Shown: piece after piece, positions 57,225 through 64,000 of the stretch | Position numbering within the stretch: position 1 is the first letter of the stretch | Layout: every line of letters starts with the position of its first letter | IMG/VR virus record: IMGVR_UViG_3300029288_000054 | Location: 70,607 to 134,606 of that record | Length of the DNA: 64,000 bases | Direction: 5' to 3' (one strand) | Origin: a virus | Taxonomy: Duplodnaviria > Heunggongvirae > Uroviricota > Caudoviricetes | Notes under the pieces: generated by a model | Seen by the model: the letters and a program-made list of their open reading frames with translations, nothing else | What the model was told of the DNA's origin: nothing | Databases searched by the model: none | Program-made: the position numbers and the translations under genes

Positions 57225-57989
57225 ATGGAAGACAGGAAACCGGTTGATTGTGTTGCTACTCGAACTGCTAAAGCTGCCGGAATACCCATTGACGAAATAT
57301 GGGAAGATGAAGCGCAGTCACAGTCGCAGAAACCCAAAGATTTGAGTCGATACGGCTTGGATAGGCGTATCGATATCAGACTCGATGAGGCGTTCAATGA
57401 GCAGAAGCCAGCGAAAAGTCAATGGGATCAGATGGTTGATATGTTCTATTGCAGAACGAACCATCACGTAGCGCTGGTTAACAAATATGCCGAAATCATT
57501 TACTACAAGTTTCCCGAAATCTGTGCCGAGTTGGTCACTAACGCTCGGCAGCACGACGCTAGCAAATATCAGTCACCAGAATACATTCCATACGTTTACC
57601 TGACATGGGGCAAACGAAACAATATGGATTTCACAAAAATCTGTGAAGATATGCCTGAGTGTAGACTGCAAGGCTTCAAATCACCAGTAAATATTCTGGC
57701 TGCAATCGACAAAGCTACTTTTCACCACATCACGACCAACAAGCATCACCCAGAAGCACACGACCCCAAAATAAGGCCGAAATGGGAGGCGAAACAAACA
57801 ATCGTTGTCGCCACTGCGATGGATACGCTCAGTTTGGCTGAAATGTGTGCTGATTGGGCTGCTATGTCAGCAGAATTAGGTACCAATCTCGCTGAATGGG
57901 CCTATAAGAACATCAACAAATGGCGGTTTCATCCACATCAGAAGCGTCAAATCACTGGTTTCTTAACTACTTGCATACAAAATGGCTGA
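57225..57989 (+). CDS. HD-like protein (DUF5662-like)
   Basis: T..H...V...HDASK...E...H...NKHHPEAH...M....L.EM.ADW.AMS. Confidence 0.75.
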   Translation: MEDRKPVDCVATRTAKAAGIPIDEIWEDEAQSQSQKPKDLSRYGLDRRIDIRLDEAFNEQKPAKSQWDQMVDMFYCRTNHHVALVNKYAEIIYYKFPEICAELVTNARQHDASKYQSPEYIPYVYLTWGKRNNMDFTKICEDMPECRLQGFKSPVNILAAIDKATFHHITTNKHHPEAHDPKIRPKWEAKQTIVVATAMDTLSLAEMCADWAAMSAELGTNLAEWAYKNINKWRFHPHQKRQITGFLTTCIQNG

Positions 57990-58140
57990 AACAATACAAG
58001 AGCTACAAGCTAAACTTGATCGTTTGACGTTAGCACGTGCACACCACGTGACGGAACCTGCGACAAAGAGCGAATTCACAAAATTGATTCGTTCGACACG
58101 AGCCAAAATACGCCGGTTGGAGAAGAAAAAGCCATCGTGA
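57982..58140 (+). CDS. Small coiled-coil protein (52 aa, not in track)
   Basis: MAETIQELQAKLDRL...; overlaps both neighbours in the usual coupled way. Confidence 0.55.
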   Translation: MAETIQELQAKLDRLTLARAHHVTEPATKSEFTKLIRSTRAKIRRLEKKKPS

Positions 58141-58604
58141 TGCCAATGCAGGTTTTCCAGCTACAAGCACGTGGTAAAGACACGTTTGGTTGTGAGCGGA
58201 CAATAACGATATACAATACAGTTGTTTTCGCGACATACAAACTCGCTGAGAAGCGAATAGAGAAGTTTCGCGAGGCGGTTGTTGATCGAATAATTCAGCC
58301 AGTAGTTTTTATTGTGCCAATGGACGTGATCACAGACGAAACGAACGAATTACCTGCAAGTTACACACCGTCCATCTATGGGCCACCTGCAGTAGAAAAA
58401 CGTAACGAAATTGTCTATGCTGCTGGCTACGAAGAGAAGCCCGGCTCATTCGGGATGTATGATGGTCCAACACCATCGTTGCAGGAGATTCTAGAGTCAA
58501 TACCGTGTGGCGTTAACCCGTGTATCATCAGATTCAATTTAGACGGATCTGAGCAAGTCCTCTATCGATGGGACGACGATGATCGTTCCTGGAAACTGCA
58601 ATAA
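58137..58604 (+). CDS. Hypothetical protein
   Basis: Member of the coupled plus-strand run. Confidence 0.65.
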   Translation: MMPMQVFQLQARGKDTFGCERTITIYNTVVFATYKLAEKRIEKFREAVVDRIIQPVVFIVPMDVITDETNELPASYTPSIYGPPAVEKRNEIVYAAGYEEKPGSFGMYDGPTPSLQEILESIPCGVNPCIIRFNLDGSEQVLYRWDDDDRSWKLQ

Positions 58605-59260
58605 TGGAAATACCAAAAACAGTTCAAAGAGCTATTCTAGCAGACGCGGCAAAGGACGAATGTGATGTCGCTGCTGGTGTGCTTGCAATGCAAGATATGC
58701 TACGAACAGCAGTGGATGAAAAAGGAGCTCCTTTTGCTGCTCTTATCGAATCTGATATCAAAGCACATCCACCCCAGGTTAAGAAACATACTTGCCACGA
58801 CTGCGGTGTCTCTGAAGGCGAGCTTCATCAATATGGCTGCGATATGGAGCGATGCCCCTTTTGTGGTAATCAACTCATATCATGCGGTTGTTGCTACGAT
58901 CTACTCAGTGTTGACCATGGCGAAGGTACATGGGCCTTTTCTAATGGCCTAACAGTGGCACAGGAGGCACAGTGGAAGAAGATTCTCGCCGAGAAGGGTC
59001 GTGTGCCATATATCGTCTTCCCGAATATTTGTCGCCGTTGCGGCCAACTATGGCCAGCCATGTTTGGAGTTCCTACCGCCGACTGGGAAAAGTATGTCCC
59101 AATTCGACATCGTGAAGAGATGTTGTGTTTAGACTGTTATAAGGCCATTAAGTTTATGGTCGATAACGCGAAGGGATCTACCTGTGGCATAACAAGTCCA
59201 AGCGAAGAGCTAGTGCAGCAAGTCGTTGATGGGATGGTAGCTGCCGAGAAGAGGGTATAA
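58604..59260 (+). CDS. Cys-rich Zn-binding protein
   Basis: CHDCGV..G.LH..GCDMERCP.CG.QL.SC.C, and C.RCG...LC..CY. Confidence 0.75.
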   Translation: MEIPKTVQRAILADAAKDECDVAAGVLAMQDMLRTAVDEKGAPFAALIESDIKAHPPQVKKHTCHDCGVSEGELHQYGCDMERCPFCGNQLISCGCCYDLLSVDHGEGTWAFSNGLTVAQEAQWKKILAEKGRVPYIVFPNICRRCGQLWPAMFGVPTADWEKYVPIRHREEMLCLDCYKAIKFMVDNAKGSTCGITSPSEELVQQVVDGMVAAEKRV

Positions 59261-59262
59261 TC

Positions 59263-59883
59263 ATGGAAGAGCAGAAATTGAAGAAGATCAGGGTGTCTGG
59301 TACGCAGCATCGCGGGCGCGATCAAGGTAGTGTTACTGTCGGCGAATTGACCCCAGAAGAGATGGAGACGATAGAAGCATTTACACTTGGTACTTGCTGG
59401 ATTAGAGTATCTGAGGATGGACGCCTTGAGAAACGAGAGAGATTTGCGGAGTTGCCGGGTCCGATTGAAGATCCGCATATTTTGCCCAAGTGGGTGCCGC
59501 TAATTGATTGGACCAAAGAAGCTCCATTTCTTTGTAATCCCCAACCGCCCCTACCAGACGAGCCAGAACCGAAATACGACCATCCAGCCATTATAGTAAA
59601 GTATCTGTGTGGCTATAACAACACGCCATACGAGGTTGAGGCCAGAAGGTTGCAGTCCTACGGCTTCGAGTGCCTTCGCTCTCGCCGTGGCAATGATGGG
59701 CGTTTTTGGGAGATCTGGTATCTTCCCGGTTATTATCACGCAAAAGGCAAGTTGCGAGATGCCATGGCTCTGAAAAGCGATTCGGCAGACCAGATCAAAA
59801 CAGCCGTCGATTTTCTATGTCGTAATGTTTCATTTGGTGCCCTTGACGTATGTTATCAACGCGCAGCGATGGTGATAGATTAA
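59263..59883 (+). CDS. Hypothetical protein
   Basis: Member of the coupled plus-strand run. Confidence 0.7.
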   Translation: MEEQKLKKIRVSGTQHRGRDQGSVTVGELTPEEMETIEAFTLGTCWIRVSEDGRLEKRERFAELPGPIEDPHILPKWVPLIDWTKEAPFLCNPQPPLPDEPEPKYDHPAIIVKYLCGYNNTPYEVEARRLQSYGFECLRSRRGNDGRFWEIWYLPGYYHAKGKLRDAMALKSDSADQIKTAVDFLCRNVSFGALDVCYQRAAMVID

Positions 59884-60062
59884 TGGATGTGATCCATCCA
59901 GCAGTGCGACTATCTAATGGTCGCACTGTTTATCCTACTGGCTTAGAATGGCTGTTGGGATTTGCGATTGGCGGCTGCAAATGGGCACAAGACGCGCTAC
60001 CAGGCGCGATTGAAGTCTATAAACAAGACGAGATTGAAAAACACTTCGGGGAGAACATATGA
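59883..60062 (+). CDS. Small hypothetical protein
   Basis: TAATG coupling at 59883 and ATGA overlap at the 3' end. Confidence 0.55.
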   Translation: MDVIHPAVRLSNGRTVYPTGLEWLLGFAIGGCKWAQDALPGAIEVYKQDEIEKHFGENI

Positions 60063-60562
60063 CGTTTGAGGATCTGTGGCGAGAGTATGAAGAAACAAAA
60101 GAAGCACTGAATGCTATAGAACCGACGCAAGGGCCGGTTACTGAACAATATCCGAAAATTGATGAGTTGCGTACTGAATTGAGACGCAAGACGCAGGCAG
60201 TATTGGGGCATCCTTATTCTTTTGAACATGTCCAATGTTGGATGGTTGATGCTGTCGGGCACCAAACCGAATGCGACGTTTCGCCAGAACTTGTGGCAGA
60301 ATTAGAAGAAGATGCCATACAAGGGTTAGGGCATAAATACATGGAAAAGTTTGGTGCATTACCAGCCGAAGTTAGAGCCCTCATGTCAGATTGGGATTTG
60401 ACAGACTCTGGTGGTGGCTGTGGCAGTTGGCATCTAGGTTGCCACTGCACTGAATCTGAAGCAAAAGAGTTATGCACCGCCCTACACAATCGCTTCCAGC
60501 ATGCGATTGATAGAGGCATTCTCGTGGTAAGGCGATCATTTTGGTCGCTGCGACTTGTTTAG
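60059..60562 (+). CDS. Hypothetical protein
   Basis: GGGGAG RBS. Confidence 0.7.
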   Translation: MTFEDLWREYEETKEALNAIEPTQGPVTEQYPKIDELRTELRRKTQAVLGHPYSFEHVQCWMVDAVGHQTECDVSPELVAELEEDAIQGLGHKYMEKFGALPAEVRALMSDWDLTDSGGGCGSWHLGCHCTESEAKELCTALHNRFQHAIDRGILVVRRSFWSLRLV

Positions 60563-60855
60563 ATTTCGAGTTTCTTGTGCTTCGCCAACTCGGCATCAAA
60601 TCGCTTAAGTAGTCGTTTATTCTCTTGTCTTTGTTTGAATGCTTGTAAATCTGCACCACTCATAGCTTGAAACGCTGCCAACTCTGCGTCGATTGGATTA
60701 GATATATCGGCGGATCGGAGCCTACGAAACTGCTCGCGATCAGATTCGGGTGCATTGAGAACGACTTGCCCAGGCCCACCACTCCATCTACCTGAATGCG
60801 AGTTCAGACTATGGGCTAAGAGATACTTATCAATGGTGTCTGAGGGCTTCGTCAT
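60559..60855 (-). CDS. Hypothetical protein
   Basis: Start placed at MTKPS (60855); track gives 60939. Confidence 0.5.
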   Translation of the reverse strand: MTKPSDTIDKYLLAHSLNSHSGRWSGGPGQVVLNAPESDREQFRRLRSADISNPIDAELAAFQAMSGADLQAFKQRQENKRLLKRFDAELAKHKKLEI

Positions 60856-61558
60856 ATACGGTAATTTTCGACGGTAGTTCCTTATGCCAGGCAATGAGTT
60901 TGTCCAACCATTCGTCCTCGGTCGGATAGTGTGTAGCATCTGGTTTGCTTATCCACTCGTCTCCTTCCATTTCCATGGCGTTATTCTCTTCATCGAGCCA
61001 CCAGTGTTCCCCGACGCCATAGCCGCCAACTGCAAGATAATTCGTGCCATCGGGGTAGCGAATCCAGTTGAATGAAACGTATGGGTCGGTCATCATTTGT
61101 ACCGCCCAACGCACTTCTGTCGCATTGCTCTCGATCCACTTCAGTATGTCGTCTGGCGTTGGCGTAACGCCGCCGTGATAGAAAGGTCCGTCCTCAGAAT
61201 CATCCCACTCACACGCTTTTATCTCGACACCATCAAGCGTGATCTTGACATAACCCTTGTGATTGACAAGACCGACGCCACTAAGATTACCGACAACGAC
61301 GTGATGTGCGTGTCCGATAAGCCATGGATCTCGATCAGTATCCAGCTTTATCGATCGATCGTGATTCGGCTCTGCTTTACCAAAGTTCGGATCGGCTTTC
61401 AACAGAGCGTCGAATTTGAAGCCTGTTGTTTTTTCTAGTGGCCTATCATCGCCGGGGCCTTCTGAGTGTAAGCTGGCGTCTTCGGCAGGTTTAAAGCGTT
61501 CAGGCTTTTCACCGTCTTTGAATTTCCAACACAATCCGCCATAATCAGAGTAGGACAT
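60830..61558 (-). CDS. Hypothetical protein
   Basis: MSYSDYGG...HHVVVG...GYGVG; start placed at 61558, next to the upstream stop. Confidence 0.7.
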   Translation of the reverse strand: MSYSDYGGLCWKFKDGEKPERFKPAEDASLHSEGPGDDRPLEKTTGFKFDALLKADPNFGKAEPNHDRSIKLDTDRDPWLIGHAHHVVVGNLSGVGLVNHKGYVKITLDGVEIKACEWDDSEDGPFYHGGVTPTPDDILKWIESNATEVRWAVQMMTDPYVSFNWIRYPDGTNYLAVGGYGVGEHWWLDEENNAMEMEGDEWISKPDATHYPTEDEWLDKLIAWHKELPSKITVYDEALRHH

Positions 61559-61559
61559 A

Positions 61560-61769
61560 TTAAGGCTCTCTTGCGTAGTTCTTTCTACCTCGCACAGTAT
61601 CACCACCACGTTTCGCAAGATCAAAGAAATCCTGCCATGGGTCGTGTCCGAGAGGCGAAACATCCCAGGGATACCATTTGCGTCTAATTTCTTCTAATGT
61701 AGAGCGCTTCCACGCTAAACATATGCTTGTGCAACTGCGAATGATTTTGATTGCAATTCTACGTCTCAT
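61560..61769 (-). CDS. Small basic hypothetical protein
   Basis: ATGA coupling. Confidence 0.55.
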   Translation of the reverse strand: MRRRIAIKIIRSCTSICLAWKRSTLEEIRRKWYPWDVSPLGHDPWQDFFDLAKRGGDTVRGRKNYAREP

Positions 61770-62029
61770 AGTCCATGAACGGTGCGAATCTCGATGGTTT
61801 CCGGGTCAACCACTCTCGGGTCGCTTTTTTCGATCATTCTAGAGCCATCAGGATTATAACACGACAAACACTCTTGTGGCTTCCACTCGTATGGTGGATT
61901 TTGCCAAACGCCGACACGCATCCTCACAACGATTTTAGCATCCGCAAAACACCAACAGCCACCAGACACGCTACGATTATAGAAGTCGTCGTGGCACCCA
62001 TCACACATCGATTTAGACTTTTCGGTCAT
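61766..62029 (-). CDS. Small Cys-rich phage protein
   Basis: C.GC..DFYN...CW....AK.V.......Q.PPY.......CY. Confidence 0.7.
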   Translation of the reverse strand: MTEKSKSMCDGCHDDFYNRSVSGGCWCFADAKIVVRMRVGVWQNPPYEWKPQECLSCYNPDGSRMIEKSDPRVVDPETIEIRTVHGL

Positions 62030-62196
62030 AGCTTGCCTTTGTTATGTAGGTATATCACCATCGCAGCCGCCGACCCACCAAGTATGAAACCGACAACAGT
62101 GCCGAGTTGCAGTGTTCTGCTAATATAACCGGCAGATATGCAAGCGACCAAGAACACAACAGGGAACCGCAATTCACATAGTACTTGATGTATCAT
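62026..62196 (-). CDS. Small two-TM membrane protein (56 aa, not in track)
   Basis: MIHQVLCELRFPVVFLVACISAGY...GTVVGFILGGSAAMVIYL; ATGA overlap with the next gene. Confidence 0.55.
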   Translation of the reverse strand: MIHQVLCELRFPVVFLVACISAGYISRTLQLGTVVGFILGGSAAAMVIYLHNKGKL

Positions 62197-62398
62197 TTGG
62201 TCTCAATAATTTGAGTATAGCCTCGTCTTCCGCTGGTGCCCCGCCCCATGATTTACCGCATTGGCACATAATCACGGTAGATCCGTCCGCGTGGATGATG
62301 TCAATAGCACAGTGCAAATGGAACAGTATATGCCAAAAACGTCTGAATCGTGCCCATGGGTGTATCTGTCGAAGGTAATATAACAAAAGACGCTTCAT
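62174..62398 (-). CDS. Hypothetical protein
   Basis: Member of the coupled minus-strand run. Confidence 0.55.
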   Translation of the reverse strand: MKRLLLYYLRQIHPWARFRRFWHILFHLHCAIDIIHADGSTVIMCQCGKSWGGAPAEDEAILKLLRPNDTSSTM

Positions 62399-62562
62399 AC
62401 TGCTATGAACTCCGAAAATTGTAATGGGTCAAAGACAGTGATATCTTCTTGCGGTCCCGTGAACTCATCACGGAACGCTTGAATTTGTCCTTCGGTATAA
62501 AAACCAAGATCAACTGTTCCCCAATCGAATTTGACGATAAGCGAGAAGACTTTCTCAGGCAT
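62395..62562 (-). CDS. Small hypothetical protein (55 aa, not in track)
   Basis: MPEKVFSLIVKFDWG...; TGATG and ATGA couplings on the two sides. Confidence 0.6.
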   Translation of the reverse strand: MPEKVFSLIVKFDWGTVDLGFYTEGQIQAFRDEFTGPQEDITVFDPLQFSEFIAV

Positions 62563-62879
62563 CACCATTCTCCGCCATGCCTAACTCTCATTACATCAAG
62601 ACGACACGCTTCCTCTACCGCGATGTCACCTATGTTCTCGCATTCGGCTGTTTCCCATTCAACCCACGATCCGTCAGGCCCATCGGTGTCATCATCCGGG
62701 TCGAATTCTTCTAAGCCTCCTGAGTTGCTGACATCGCCAATGGTGCCGTTGGCAACCAAGAAGTTGTCATAGTCAGCGAGGGCGTCGAGTACCTTCTTAG
62801 CCTCAACGAGCCCGACAACAGGGACATAGAACGATTCTTTATTCGGTGGATGATTCCACCAGACGCGAAGTTTCTTCAT
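62562..62879 (-). CDS. P22 gp17-like (superinfection exclusion gene product 17 family) protein
   Basis: KLRVWW...F.V.V....E...V.DALADYD.F...N..GLE.FD...W.EW matches the P22 gp17 pattern as I recall it. Confidence 0.7.
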   Translation of the reverse strand: MKKLRVWWNHPPNKESFYVPVVGLVEAKKVLDALADYDNFLVANGTIGDVSNSGGLEEFDPDDDTDGPDGSWVEWETAECENIGDIAVEEACRLDVMRVRHGGEW

Positions 62880-62880
62880 G

Positions 62881-63330
62881 TTATTTCTTGCAGTATCGAG
62901 CAGCCGTGATAGCTGAGACACCGAGTGCCTTGCCGATTGCCCTGAACGATTTGCCCTTCGCGTGAAGCTGTTTCGCTTTCTTAGCTAGCCGCTCCCGCTT
63001 GACCTTCTCTGCCTTCGCAGCTTTCGCCGCTACCACTTTGGCCTGTTTGTCGACCTGTTTGACGAACTTATCAGCCTTCGCAGTGTACTTCTCGACTTCC
63101 TTCTCGATAGTCGAGAGGTTGATGCTAACGCCACTGCGATGTGCCATCACTTGGCTCTGCAGATTCTCGCCGAACTCGGCAATCATGCCCGATCCACGCT
63201 TCTTCTTGATGAACTTTGCGAGTTCGTCACAGAAATCGACGTCGATGGTGACGACCATGTATTCGGTTGGATCGACATCGAAGGGCTTGTTAGCAGGCTT
63301 GGTAGCGGACTTCTGAACTTTCTTCGCCAT
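62881..63330 (-). CDS. Basic protein with a C-terminal HTH
   Basis: A..LH.KG.S.RAI.K.LGVS..T..RY; AGGAG RBS. Confidence 0.75.
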   Translation of the reverse strand: MAKKVQKSATKPANKPFDVDPTEYMVVTIDVDFCDELAKFIKKKRGSGMIAEFGENLQSQVMAHRSGVSINLSTIEKEVEKYTAKADKFVKQVDKQAKVVAAKAAKAEKVKRERLAKKAKQLHAKGKSFRAIGKALGVSAITAARYCKK

Positions 63331-63346
63331 TGATTGGCTCTCCTAA

Positions 63347-64000
63347 TTAAAGTGTGATACCGTATCTAGACTCACAGATTTGTTTGTACAAGGCCGCAAT
63401 CTTTTTGCGGTCTGGTGAATCTCGCAGTGTCGACGCTTTGCAGAGAGCATCCAATCGGGCATCCAATCCGTCTGCAATAGCTTCAATATCCTCATACTTC
63501 CATTCGCCTCTCAAAATCCCTCGCAATTCTTCTGCATCGGGACGTCTTACCAAGACCTTACGATCGCGTAGAATCTCTTCGGCCATACGAGATAGCCGAA
63601 TAAGATGCATGCTATGCTTTACATCATAACCATACTTACGCTCTAGCTCCTTACGAGCCGGATTGCGTTCCTTGTCCCATTTACGATATGAGTTCCAGAT
63701 TTGCAGTGCTGTAGCATATCGCCTTTCTTGGGCGACTTGATCTTTCGAACCATCGGCAGCCCACTCGTCTGGTAACGACAAGATAGCGTTCTGATGTTCC
63801 TTTGGAATCTTGCTATTTTCAGGCAACCCAAATTCTTGCCGAGTTGGCTGGTGGGTTGGCGGGTTGATCAGATAGCCGCGATGCGTCTTGATGCGTTTGA
63901 GTTGTTGAATAGCATAGCCAGCAAACGTCCAGCGAGCCTTCTTCGACAGGAATAAGTCACGGTGAGATCGTATCAGTTCCCATTCTGGTGTACTGACATC
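63347..64000 (-). CDS. Pol-beta superfamily nucleotidyltransferase (RlaP/T4 NrdC.11-like), 5' end outside the window
   Basis: Frame open to 64000: LIRSHRDLFLSKKARWTFAGYAIQQLKRI...RNPAR.ELE.KYGYD.KH.MHLIRL...EIL...RPDAEEL..I..G. Confidence 0.8.
   Translation of the reverse strand, partial: DVSTPEWELIRSHRDLFLSKKARWTFAGYAIQQLKRIKTHRGYLINPPTHQPTRQEFGLPENSKIPKEHQNAILSLPDEWAADGSKDQVAQERRYATALQIWNSYRKWDKERNPARKELERKYGYDVKHSMHLIRLSRMAEEILRDRKVLVRRPDAEELRGILRGEWKYEDIEAIADGLDARLDALCKASTLRDSPDRKKIAALYKQICESRYGITL

Noticed and set aside
57982-58140. Resemblance of the small coiled-coil ORF to ribosomal protein uL29
   Set aside because: Only generic helical-hairpin similarity; the uL29 consensus (L.LR.Q, RR.IAR..T) is missing.
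1-64000. Stop-codon reassignment, as seen in some large phages
   Set aside because: Long genes are intact in the standard code, and TAG, TGA and TAA all end genes at sensible, often coupled positions.
1-64000. Cellular chromosome or eukaryotic giant virus origin (suggested by collagens, GT31 and GT10)
   Set aside because: Shine-Dalgarno sites, sigma70-type promoters, ATGA/TAATG coupling, baseplate-like motifs and phage-typical small genes, with no housekeeping operons or NCLDV core genes, fit a tailed bacteriophage better.

Overview
This 64-kb window reads as part of a large (jumbo-type) tailed dsDNA bacteriophage genome, not a cellular chromosome. It is densely coded in the standard genetic code, with virion/tail genes scattered on both strands among runs of short, translationally coupled hypothetical genes. 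I found no rRNA, canonical tRNA, CRISPR array, transposase or reverse transcriptase. Main contents: (i) putative structural genes, including a 2085-aa baseplate/tail-like protein, a 1183-aa protein with a Ser/Pro tract and GDWnGDG repeats, and a ~15.5-kb cassette of four collagen-like (Gly-Ala-Thr/Ser) fibre proteins that share modules pairwise; (ii) sugar-modifying enzymes (GT10 fucosyltransferase-like, GT31 Fringe/galactosyltransferase-like, KdsB, two class I SAM methyltransferases, a class II aldolase-domain protein); (iii) nucleic-acid enzymes (ligase-like nucleotidyltransferase, RlaP-type Pol-beta nucleotidyltransferase, metallophosphoesterase, DNA methyltransferase, two HNH proteins). 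The style of several genes (RimI, KdsB, a CAPAA-repeat secreted protein) suggests a Planctomycetota host; this is inference only. The best candidate for an undescribed system is phage-encoded O-glycosylation of Thr/Ser-rich collagen and mucin-like virion proteins. Other notable signals are a recurrent CAAAnnTA motif upstream of structural-type genes (candidate late promoter), recent DNA exchange between the collagen genes, a GC-rich multi-stem intergenic RNA candidate at ~56.9 kb and a perfect 23-bp inverted promoter/RBS pair at 30.4 kb. All family assignments come from motif recognition by eye; no searches were run.
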